Shown here one piece after another: positions 41,089 to 52,436 of a stretch of DNA of 64,000 nt. The stretch spans positions 2,094,504 through 2,158,503 of the forward strand of contig CAJFCJ010000003.1 of assembly GCA_904063045.1 (NCBI GenBank), in the 5' to 3' direction. The first letter of the stretch is position 1; the number at the start of each line of letters is the position of its first letter. The position numbers were made by a program, and so were the translations under genes. This DNA is from Dimorphilus gyrociliatus (taxonomy: Eukaryota > Animalia > Annelida). Below the pieces are notes generated by a model. The model was not told the origin of the DNA, did no database searches, and saw nothing but the letters and a program-made list of their open reading frames with translations.

Positions 41089-44000
41089 CTAAAATGCCGT
41101 GGTAAGATTAATATTAAGTATAATATCTTTAATGTAACTGATTAGGAGGCCACTATTTCCGGATGTTGGAGGCATCATATTTATTCGTTCTAAATGTCCT
41201 CTAACTTGATCATAAATGGTTTGTATTTCGGGTCGAATAGTATTTTGAGGTTTGTTTCTCAAATCGATTGGCAGAAGATTTAGTTTTCTTGTTTGTACCT
41301 CATAAACGAAAGCGAGTACAAATTGTATATTGTTCCTGACATCTTCAGGCTCGGGGATAAATTCCAGCATAAACATACACTTCAGACGATCCTTCCAGAA
41401 AATAAATGTTGATACACCTGGAGGGCTGTTCAGTGGAGCGTCAGCCACGGGAAAAGTTAATAAGAGTTTGATTCTAAATGGAAACTGCGACTCTGGGTAA
41501 AACTCAAATTTAATTAATTGTATAAAATCCTTAAGTATTTGGACGGGAGCGCAGAGCAGCGACATGAAAGAAGTAATGGCATTCGTGTTATAAGGAGGGG
41601 ATGCAATTTTTGTGTCATAGAATTTCGTTAAAATAGAGTTTTCTTCCATATCCAGTGCCGATGATAAAATTTCAAATCGCAAAAACTGCATGTGATTATC
41701 TTCTAAATATACTTTATAAGTTAATGATTCGTTTTGGAATAGTAAACTCATATTGTCCTGACTTTGCAATGGAGTTAAAAATCCTAGTTGAGCTTTATCC
41801 ATGAGTACCTTTTTAAATTTTATCCGTTGATCCAAACAGGCCAAAAATCTTTCAAGGGGTGAGCAGTCAATAATGGAAACATTATTTCCAGCCGGCGGTC
41901 CAGCAGTCAACAGTTTGTTTAATGCCTGATATGACAACAAATTAGTTATTCCATCATTCGAGGGCTTTTCAGGTTCATTAAATCCCATAGGTTGCATACC
42001 GTAGTCGTCAGTCATCATTTCAAATAGTCCATCGTTGCTTTGAGCTGGTTGACAACTATCATCACTGATCCTGCGAAGGAAATTCGACAAGAATGGAATA
42101 TTGTGAAATGAAGGAGATAATCTGTGGTGAAGTGTAGCATCCTTAACATAAATTCCTTGTTCTTTCGGTGCTGCTATAAGCTCCAGCACAAATATAGATT
42201 TATATATCAAATGGACACGATTTACAGTTTGAACAATAGAACTAAATAAGATTGAAGGCTTAACATTTGCTGCTGTCAAGTGAAGGAAGGAATTAACTTT
42301 TCCTAGCAAAGTGTACATTTTACAGGTATCTAGTAAAAGTTGGACTATTTCCACCAAATCAACAGTATCGTTTACTATTTTTTGAAAGTGTATGGCAGCA
42401 AGTACGTGAGGATTTGGACCGCCAGAAGATCCTTTGCACCCAAATTTAATTTGAAGCGTACCATCACTCTTACACTGAAAACAAACAATATAGCTCCTTG
42501 TAGGTCCATAGGCAATTTGTAATTTCTTGAAATTATAGTTGTCAATGCTTATAGATCGTTGAAGTATTGTTGATTGTCTAAAGGCATAGTTTAACTTCCT
42601 TGCCGGTCCATATAATAAGACCAGGCTTGATATTTCTTTTAATAATCTTTCGACGGTTTTCTCAACAGGATCATTCAAATTGTATACAAAGTGTAAAGAA
42701 GCTGTATCACCGCTCCCCCCAATACAAACATCACTTAGAAAATTTTTATCGAATGACAACTCAACAGACCATTTAGCCAGTGACTTTTGGAAAATAAAAA
42801 TTTTACATTTTGTGAAACCATTGTGAAATGCTGCTAAGCTTTCTTTATCGATGTTTGGTAGACTTGAGAACTTGTTAATATTGAGCGAATAATTTATGCC
42901 AGTTTCATCAATTGTAGGACCACTATGTTGAACATCACACTTTCGTAGCTCGTCACTCAGTAGTGTAAACATCAGCTTGTCCTGCACAACTGATAAAATA
43001 TCTGCAAATTCTGTATCAAAATACATTGAAACTTCTGGATTAATTGCTCTCCGCTTTCGATCCTTTCGGGAGGATAAACGATTTTTTAAATGTTTCACAG
43101 AAAAATCGTCAACATTCGTTATAGTATCAATTTTCAAGAAGTATTCTGTTCTATCGGCTTTCGAAGCTTTTAACAGATAATAAAGTGTCTTCACAGTCTT
43201 TATGCAATTAAGTTGAAAATCAACAGCCAGATAATAATGCTCAAACTTGGTGTTGGAAGTTAAAGGAATAAAATTAACATATTTCGAGAACTGACTTAGC
43301 TCATCTTGTGATAATAGCGGAAGGGAAGATAAAAAATGTCGCCCAAACGATCGTGCAATCATTTCGAAATGATTTCTAATTAACTTAAATCTTTAAAATA
43401 AAACTATAAGTACACATGAATTAAAAATATATATTTCCAAATACCTAATATCAATAAGAATTTCGCCAAGTCCAGGCTTTGAGGGATTATTAAGGCAGTT
43501 TTGTAATTTTTTACAATTGTTTTTACCTGTAATGTACATACAATTATATTTTTATGATTATGGGATATTCCATCTTCTACTTGCCAATAAATTCTGATGA
43601 AACTACAAAATTCCCTGTTAAAACCTCAACTCCTATAAATAAATGATTTCCACCAATGCAATCTTTGACGATAGGGACCCGTAAAATAACGGGTAACTTT
43701 GTCAATTCACATGGATCTTTCAATAAGAGGCAGAGTTCCCTTGATAATTCATTCAATTTTGCGATTGATCTAAAAGAAGGTATAAGTTGACAAAACAGAT
43801 AGGAAGTTTGTTAAAAAATAATGTACCTGACGTTTATAACATGAGTCAACATATCATCAATTGATAAATTACAGCTGTTTAACATTGTAGGAACCATTAT
43901 AGATTCCGAACCGACCAGTTCAGGCAAGTGGCTTATTACCAGCGGTTTCGCTTTTAAATTTTCATTAACATGGACAATCAATTTATATTGTAGGTCTAAT

Positions 44001-45265
44001 CAAGGAATCATAATTATAATACATTCAAACTTTTAAGTCGAAATATAAACGTTCTTACTTGTCTGAGTTTGACTATTTTTGATTCTCGCGCTGTGATTTT
44101 GAAAAGAAATATTTAGAAACATATTCTTATAATATTATGATGTAGTTTGTTCTTACCACCAGTATACTAGTGTTAATTTCTGCCCTATCAAGTACTGCTC
44201 GATATGAACATAGTTTATCCATCTATCATGAGTAAGACGCTGCGCTTGTGAAAACAAAACTTCGAGTTGCAGACTCTGACAGAAGCTATGCAGCGTGTCG
44301 TACAAATCATGAAATGGATTTTGACAATCTATGAGCCTTGATTGAACAACTTCCTTAAGGTAATTTACCTATAAACAAAATTATCTGAGATCTGATAAAT
44401 GTATAGTCATTTCATACTTGTAAAGGATGCACTAAAGATCGACAAGCTCCTATATTGGGATCCTCAACTAGCATTTCTAGTTTTACAACCTTCCACGGAA
44501 TAGTTGGAGAGTTTCCCAATAAAGTTAATGTTATTCTAAATTCATTATTCACGGTAAATGTAACAGTTCCTTCGTCTAGGGATAATTTGAAATTAATTAA
44601 TTTAACATACAAATTAATTAACTTTACCAAACGTTATTTGACGCATGTACGAAGGTAAATTTTCAGTAACTAGACGCTGTTCTATTATATAAGATAACTG
44701 TTTAAGCGTTTTCTGCTTTTCTTCAGCTGAAATAGGGTCTGCAGGTATGATTTGATCCCTTATACATGTTGGCATTCTTTTATATGTTCCTGTAGTCAGA
44801 ACATCGATGGCAATTGGTAATGCAAAAGAGGGCAAACGAGCATTCACTAGCGATTCACGGGCCATCCTCGCTAAATTATCTGCACTATCAACAAAAAAAT
44901 TCGATTGTTGATTGAGAAACTGCATAATAGCACCACATTTTTCCACTTTAGATGCGCTATTTGCCCATTTAACTAATGCTAGAAGACGAATGAAGACATT
45001 TCTTGAACGAGAAGCAAATTCTATGATGTCCACCTTTCGATCTATGTCAGACTTGCGAGGTAATCTGTTCGCGATAGCTAAGTGATAGATCGAAATTCAG
45101 ACTAATGCAATTTACTTACATTTCACTCAGAACAATCACTTGATTGTACGTTCTCTGTAAAATAAGATCTAGCAGATTTGCAAGAGAAACAGTCTGACCA
45201 CAGCCGCTCATTGCATTTTGAGGTCCAACATACGGAGCTATAACATCATCCATAGACTCTTCCAT
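41089..45265 (-). CDS. MED14: Mediator complex subunit 14
   Basis: [52 protein letters not shown] and [13 protein letters not shown] match human MED14. The first coding ATG in frame is at 45265 and the terminal exon is large. Confidence 0.95.
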
Positions 45266-45909
45266 TTCGGATTGATCTGTTTTTAGGCTCTGTAGGATAT
45301 ATCATTCGTTAGGCATCGGGAATTAAATTAGTTTTATCCGTCTTTGATAACAACAGAAAGTTCCAAAGTTTTATATTTCGGAAAAGTAAAGAAACTTTTC
45401 TGAGATAATAAGTGGGCAGTCTCACCCAAATTTTATATTGCTTAACTTACAAATTGCAGCAAAGAGATTGAAAACTATATGACGATACTAAATAACTTTT
45501 AAAGCGAATTATTATTAGTGTTATATGAGGGAGATGTTAAATTTTTCAGTCTTTGATTCAGTCTCAAAAGAGCCTTTTGCAAATGTCAACATAATAATAA
45601 TATTTTTAAACCATAGAATGTAGGAAAAACTTATATACACTATTACCATTTCTATTAAAACGATTTTATAACTTTAATTTATCAAATAACCGGTAAATCG
45701 TCATTTCTCCGACATCGCTGCTCCTCAATGCAAACGGATACGGAAGTAGTATTTTTTACGAGAATGAGTACAAGGCCATTGTTTTCGTAATTCATTGACG
45801 CGGAAAATTTAAATGGATAGTAAATTTATTTTCTTGTTTATTTAACTACCAAAAAGTTTGGACTTAAGATATAAAATATCAGACAATTATTCATTTGACA
45901 AGTGAAGGT

Positions 45910-46522
45910 TCAATAATCTTCATCATCACTATCGAAAGCAGCTCTCCTTCTATCAAATTTAACTGTAGTTTGCTTTTGGGTCTTCTGGTTAACTTGTTCT
46001 AGAAGACTTTTTAATTGATCTTCACCCAATTTTCCCATTATCTGCCCAGTTTGAGCCATTTGACATAGCATGCTCTCAACCATTTTAGCTTTTTCCGGTT
46101 TGGTTAGTGCTATGCAATTTACTGGAAAAAAAATGAAATATTTATATAGTCATGCCTATCCAGTTTCTATTTAAATTTGGCATACATCTTGCTCTCGCAT
46201 TTTGATCAAGCACTTGATTTAAAATACTATTTTTCATGTCTTCCTGCTTCTTCTGCATTTCCATTTTTCTTTGGGCATCTTCACTACCTTCCCCTCCGAA
46301 GCCCTAATAAATTATGACATTATATTGAACCAGAAAAATTTCGAGTATTTCTTAGAGGTATAATGAGCCTAACTACAGTTCTACAGCACGATTTGTCTAT
46401 TTAATCAAGGTTACAACTGATGTAGCTTATTTTTGTAACCATCATTAACTGAACTTTACCCGCTGGTTAGCTTCCATTTCAGCCAAACGTTTTTGGCGAA
46501 GAGCATTTAAATCATCGTCCAT
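45910..46522 (-). CDS. PDCD5: Programmed cell death protein 5
   Basis: MDDDLNALRQKRLAEM, ILNQVLDQNARARL, KPEKAKMVE and TTVKFDRRRAAFDSDDEDY, across three exons. Confidence 0.95.
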
Positions 46523-48795
46523 TATTTTCTAAAATTTCGATAGGTGATATCGACAGAGCGATAATGAGAAAAGCGGTGAGTTAAAAATATTCCGCCTAAA
46601 CTGGTACTGTGTTTTAGGCGGAAATTTCAAATGATAGAAACTTGAAAATGTTATAGAGAATGCTGAGAGCGTAAAGTGTCTTTTTTAGAAGATTTCTTCA
46701 ATGGTATGATTACTGTAAAAATCAATACATTTATATGCAATTCTAATAAATTCTTGATAATGTTTCAAAGAAGTAGACAATAGAAATATTTTTTGTTAGA
46801 ATATAATGCTTTCAGACAGCCCGAAGATGTTACAAACAAAGATGTTAGCTTTTCAATAATCTGACTTCAGGTGAGAGATATTTAAAAATTTCCAAGAAAT
46901 TACTTGAGTTGTAAAATAAGCAAGAGAGCTATTTAGAAAGATTCTTATCAGACAGTTAAAAGAGATAGTGAAAACTGTAAAAAGGTTTGGGTGGCTAGCT
47001 GCCTTTTCTTATTTACTGAAAAAGCAGTAAGGATAGCTAGTTCTTTTCTTGGGACTTATTGTGAAAGGTATTCATTTGTTTATCTACTTTCTTACCATAA
47101 TCTAACTTTTAAGACGATGAAAGACAAGAGAAAGGAGAAAAATTTTTGAAAAGCATTCGGAAGAGAATGTAAGTTTGTAAGTTGGTTTAAGTTTCGTTTT
47201 TTTAATTAATAATAACTTAATTAATAATTATATTCCGATTGGCTTAACCCTTAAGAGGACATTCGTGAGAAGGCTAAGTACGAGAGCCTGTGTCTCATTT
47301 TCTTTTTTGACTTTATATATTGATCTTCTATTGAGCTTTATAAAAATGGGAGGATCTTTGAGTAATTTTGGTTTCTAGATTAAAGATAATTGAATTCTAA
47401 GCAACGCAATCGATATCTAAAAGGGTGGAGCTATGAAATAATGATAAACTTAAACTTGCCTTTTGGTACAATATGTTCTCTATCAAAGATTGTTTAGTGC
47501 ATCTTATTTAACAAAAGAAAATACTTATATATCTTAATATTACAAATCATCTATGAATGTCAATACATATATTCATAAATTATAAATTATTATCTAAAAA
47601 ATATATGTAAACTTTTAAACCGTTGCCTAAGAAACGATGTTTATAGTTTAGGTTATAAGAAAATCTGATGGAGAGTTTTGTTTTCTTCTCTTTAATATTT
47701 ATCAGCCTATAAAAAGAACTTTTCTCTATCAAACATGAAAAAAAAATTATAAAAAAGGAATGCGTTGATTGATGAAATAATAGGTTAAAATTCCAGATTT
47801 GATTGGTATTTTTATAAATTCTATCCTCCCTTTCTTATATAACTTTAGATTTTTCAAATAATTAATTTACTTAGAAAAATTTGAGATTTTATATTGGATT
47901 AATAGAAGTATAGTTAACCGTTAACGATTCGAAAGAAGAGTTAATATAATATTTATTAATGGGATAAGGCAAATAGCAAGGAACAGTTACCATCACCCCC
48001 AGCTATCTCTTTAAGTAATGTATCGTATTATTAGAAAATTACCGTTGTATCTTCCCTAATCTCTCTTGCATAGAATAGAATTAAAGCTATAGTTTAGTAT
48101 CAAGAAACCTCTATCTAGAACCCTTGCTGCTCTTCTCTCCATTATAAAATACAATATAAAAATGGTAAGTTTACAAATTTCCTTCTCTTAATATAATAAT
48201 AGTAACATGAAGTTTTAATCATTTATTCATTGATAAACACCAATATTTTTACTAATAGTTGATGCGTAATTTTCCGAAAAGTATGTTTTTATTTAATTTT
48301 ACATAAACATTTGAAATAAAAGTAGAAAACCGATGATTATGTAATAAAATTTCAAGTTATTTAATACAGAATCATTTTTTTTTTTACCATAACTAATTGA
48401 CGTAGTTTTGTAAATTACTCTGGTTTATAAACATATTAACTGGGAATAGTAGATGGCGCTTACTGTATCTGATAAACGAAAATACTGCAAAGATAAGCAA
48501 ACTATATAAAAAAGGAACCTCGAAATTTTCTTAATTTTACACTAGTCGAGCGAATAAATCCAACGATCGTGACTTTTTCCTTCTTCGAGCAAGCTGTTTG
48601 GTCCTGTATGAAGAATATTAAGCTCTCTCTGTTTGCTAGAGTAAAGTCTATGTCGTATACTTTTATAAAAATCATGAAAATTTAAACTTATATTTTTCAG
48701 TTTCTACTTGTTTTCTCTGCGGAAAGAAAAACAATGATAATTCAAATATAGTTCGAAACTGTTATATCTTCTTTATCTCTCTTGCAAATTGCAGA

Positions 48796-49062
48796 ATGCC
48801 ATTGTGCAAAGAAAAGATTTTGTTAAATATAAGCAATCAAACAACATATTCTTCAATATTATCAACTTGGAGGAATGAAACAAATTCAACTTTATTGCCC
48901 GATTCTAAAGATGACGACGATCGTCTATTCGCTAAACTTCAATTTATTAAGGCTATAGTACTTGTTGTTGTTGTTGCTGCCCTACTATTGTCAAGTTGCC
49001 GATTAATTTTTAAGACTTTCTCAAAATACACAGCATCGTCAACGAAGAGGAACGAAGTATGA
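48796..49062 (+). CDS. Small single-pass membrane protein (88 aa)
   Basis: ATG-initiated ORF directly after a ttgcag acceptor. It has four N-x-S/T sequons, then a ~22-residue hydrophobic helix (AIVLVVVVAALLLSSCRLIF) and a short basic tail. Confidence 0.6.
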   Translation: MPLCKEKILLNISNQTTYSSILSTWRNETNSTLLPDSKDDDDRLFAKLQFIKAIVLVVVVAALLLSSCRLIFKTFSKYTASSTKRNEV

Positions 49063-49916
49063 GCAAAAAATATTGACAATAGAGAAACGTCTTTCTTATT
49101 TGTAAATAGAGGCAGATGTTACAGTGATATACGACTCAAGTTTGGTTCATCACTTTTAGTATTAATCAACCAGTATTATCTTATCTAATTTCCTATTTAA
49201 ACAAAAAATAAAAGAAAACTAATTGACGATAAAAGTGGATTAATTTGACTGTGCTCTTGTTTCTGTCTTTCTTTTTTATCCTCGTAATGACAATACCTTG
49301 TTAAATTTGTACCTTATTTCACCAAATCCATCTTTATATAACTATAACACAAGAATTAAAAAAGATACTTGCTCATTAGACAAAGAAGACAGAGGGGTAT
49401 CATTTATCAAACAGTAAATATAATGTATTAATTAAAAGACAAAAATTTTTATAAACGACATCATAAGTTTGTATTTCAGCATTATAGAAAGAATGTTTAC
49501 ATAGAAGTTATTTTAATAAACAACTAATTACATATTCTGCATAAACGATTATATTTATTATAAAGATATAAAATACTTGATTATCAATCATAGTAACTTG
49601 TTATATCTGATTAGAATTTAAATATGCATTCTGAAAGGATAAATAAATTTCATGGAGTCATACCTCTTTGTAGATTGTTAATTGTATAGGATAAAATAAA
49701 AAAAGAGGGTCATGCACTCATTTTATCCAACTATAAGATGCGACAAATGTTTGCTTTTGTGTCGCAAGTACTCAATCTATATGCTGCGGATTTGCTAAAA
49801 ATAATCCTTTAAAGGTATAAATTTATTATTTTCAACTTTGTAACAAACTTAAAACAAAAAAAATATATACGTTTACTAAAGAGTGTATGTACTTTAGTAA
49901 ATGTACGTTCAGACAT

Positions 49917-49935
49917 ACACACACACACACACACA
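49917..49935. repeat. (AC)9 microsatellite
   Basis: Direct reading. Confidence 0.9.
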
Positions 49936-50214
49936 TGGTTCTCACTAAAGAGAATGCTTTCCCTTATCTAATAAGAGTTACTGTACACGATGCAATACTT
50001 TCGATAGCTTTGAAACATTGTTTTGAATATATTAATCTATGTATAATTAACAAATAAATACAATTCATTATATATTTAGTTACCTTTATATACCAAATAC
50101 CGTATTCTCTAAATAGTTCTCTTTGATTAAATCATTAAATCATTCATGCATAAAATCTTTGATATCATTGTTTTTAGTGAAACCCACTACGTTTTTAGAT
50201 ATAGTAGTAGTATA

Positions 50215-50216
<2 letters not shown>

Positions 50217-50245
<29 letters not shown>
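50217..50245. repeat. (AT)14 microsatellite
   Basis: Direct reading. Confidence 0.9.
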
Positions 50246-50454
50246 ACTAAAAGAAAAAAAAATTCTATATATAACTAAACTGAAAAAATACTCTTTTCAA
50301 GAAAAGAAAAAGAGATGTCTAAATAGAACAGAAGAAAGAATTTTTAAACATTACCGCGAATTTTTTTTCTCTTTAATAAAAAAATACTATAAACGAAAAC
50401 TCGTTAATTATAGAAGGAAATCTGATAATTATATCTGATAAACGAAATTAAGAT

Positions 50455-51630
50455 CTAAGAATCCCTTTCAAACTCTTGTTCTGATATTTTACCATGGCAG
50501 CTATGTGATAATAATGTTCGGCTTTTAGTTTCGGTATCTGTCAAGACTACCGGCGGAAGATCGGGGAGAGTCACTTCCGTTTCGTGGCAATTCGTCCAAA
50601 TACAAACGGCTGCTATTGGTTTCATGACATTCTGCCAGATATTTTCGTGACGAATAGCTTTCCTTAACATTGTATAATACACAACGGTCAATAGTAACCC
50701 TAAGGAAGTAGAAGCCAGAGAAATTATGCCAAGAAATCGCCAACTGTCATTCCAAATGATTGTAGTGGCTACAGCTGATTGAATTGCAAAGAGAAGGTTG
50801 CAGAATAAGATTTCGCCTTCTGGTCTATAGCCTTCGCTGGGTGAAATATAGGTCCATATTGTAAAATAAGAATAAATTAACGACTTTCGGAAGCCGTAGA
50901 TGGCAGAATAGACAGCAATGATTATAGCTACGTGGACGGCCACTGTTGATAAGAGTACTTTATATCCGTATCTGATGAGTAAGGATAGAAAGCAAGACAG
51001 TCTTGCCGTAAGACCTAAAGAGACTACTAGTAAGTTTGTAAGGCTGGTCACATGAGAGTAGGAAGATAAAGCCCTTTTTGACCTAACTTTTTCAAAAACC
51101 GCAACGCCAACTATACAGCTACAAAAAGAATTTACCGTTGATACAACTTGCATAACGTGAATGTCGGAAGTTGAATATAATATCAACGAAGAATTAAGAA
51201 TAAATTGAGGCCCCGAATCTACAACTGCATGAACTAGTAATATTTGTGCACAGATCCATTCTCGTCGGCGTCTTGCTTCGCTATCTGGTCCTGGACCATC
51301 ACACTTCTTTGAGGCAATCACGAAACGATGACTTATTATTGCCAATTGCAATGGTATATTCAAAAGCGTTAAAAGTGCAATTCTAAGAGGATGCCGGCGT
51401 TCCGCCAGTCCATAGGCAATTCGCACAGAGTAGACAGAAGCGCAAATAATACCATTAGCAAGGAAGAAGAGCGATGAAAATGCTGTTACCAAGTAGGTAC
51501 CCTGACGAGCAAGGTGGATGATGACCGAAAGATCTGTAATTAGATCAAAGCCAATTAGGATTGTAACTAGAGTGAAGGCTAGTCCGCTACAGCAATGTTT
51601 CGATGTCGTCTCTTCTTCCTCTTCATCCAT
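50455..51630 (-). CDS. XK-related (Xkr/CED-8 family) multi-pass membrane protein, intronless
   Basis: 391-aa ORF with ~8-10 hydrophobic segments. TM1 contains DLITD and there is an XK-family-like VDSGPQFIL motif followed by VVSTVNSFCS. Confidence 0.8.
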   Translation of the reverse strand: MDEEEEETTSKHCCSGLAFTLVTILIGFDLITDLSVIIHLARQGTYLVTAFSSLFFLANGIICASVYSVRIAYGLAERRHPLRIALLTLLNIPLQLAIISHRFVIASKKCDGPGPDSEARRRREWICAQILLVHAVVDSGPQFILNSSLILYSTSDIHVMQVVSTVNSFCSCIVGVAVFEKVRSKRALSSYSHVTSLTNLLVVSLGLTARLSCFLSLLIRYGYKVLLSTVAVHVAIIIAVYSAIYGFRKSLIYSYFTIWTYISPSEGYRPEGEILFCNLLFAIQSAVATTIIWNDSWRFLGIISLASTSLGLLLTVVYYTMLRKAIRHENIWQNVMKPIAAVCIWTNCHETEVTLPDLPPVVLTDTETKSRTLLSHSCHGKISEQEFERDS

Positions 51631-52436
51631 CGTTTGAAAGACGACGGATGGCAGGTAAGCGCATCGATCAAGTCATCACGTGATTTCTGACGTCAGTGAT
51701 TTCTTGTTTGTTAAAAAGTCGAAAAAGAGGAAAGAGAGTAAAAAAGGAAAAGTGCGCGTGCTTGCTTGTATGAGAAATAGGCCTTCAAGAGATATTAAAG
51801 AAACGTGAGAAAAAACCCAGTAGGAGTCGACATAGAGCAAAGAATATCCAATATATCTATAGAAGGTATTGTCTTGATGAAATAGGAATCCGAGTCTCAT
51901 TATGAATAGTTTATAAATTGTATAAAAGTGGTAATGAATATATTTTAAAGCTCTATCTATTAATTAATCTGCAGCCATATTCAATGTAGTTTATTTATCA
52001 TTTGTTACAAGATTTAAAGAAAATGCAGTATAATAAGCTAATTTCATTCAATCTAGTACAATTGTTTACTATTGCTAAATAAATGAGTGACGATATTATT
52101 TTTACCTTGTTTTTCTATTTCCCTAACTGCAAAAGGAAAATAAAAAATTTCAATCGTCTTCATAATCTGCAACAGCTTGAAAATGCAGACTTTTTAATAA
52201 AATTATGTATATAATATTAAAAATGCTAATTATACTTTTTTCTACTGCAAAATTTTTTCCAAAAATATATTAATCGATCTCATTTGCTGTAATTAATCAA
52301 GAAATTTTAAGAAAATGTTTACAAAGAAACTTGTTCTATCAGCAAAAAGAAAAAAAACCCTGGTAAGGCAGCTCATTGGTGATTGTATTTATATTAGTTT
52401 AAAAGCTTTGAAGACGAAAAAATAAAATAAAAAAAA

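Noticed and set aside
45246-45316. Two upstream ATGs (MPNE-stop and a 19-codon overlapping ORF) before MED14
   Set aside because: A GTAAGT donor at 45450 and a cctacag acceptor at 45290 imply a 5' UTR intron that removes both ATGs.
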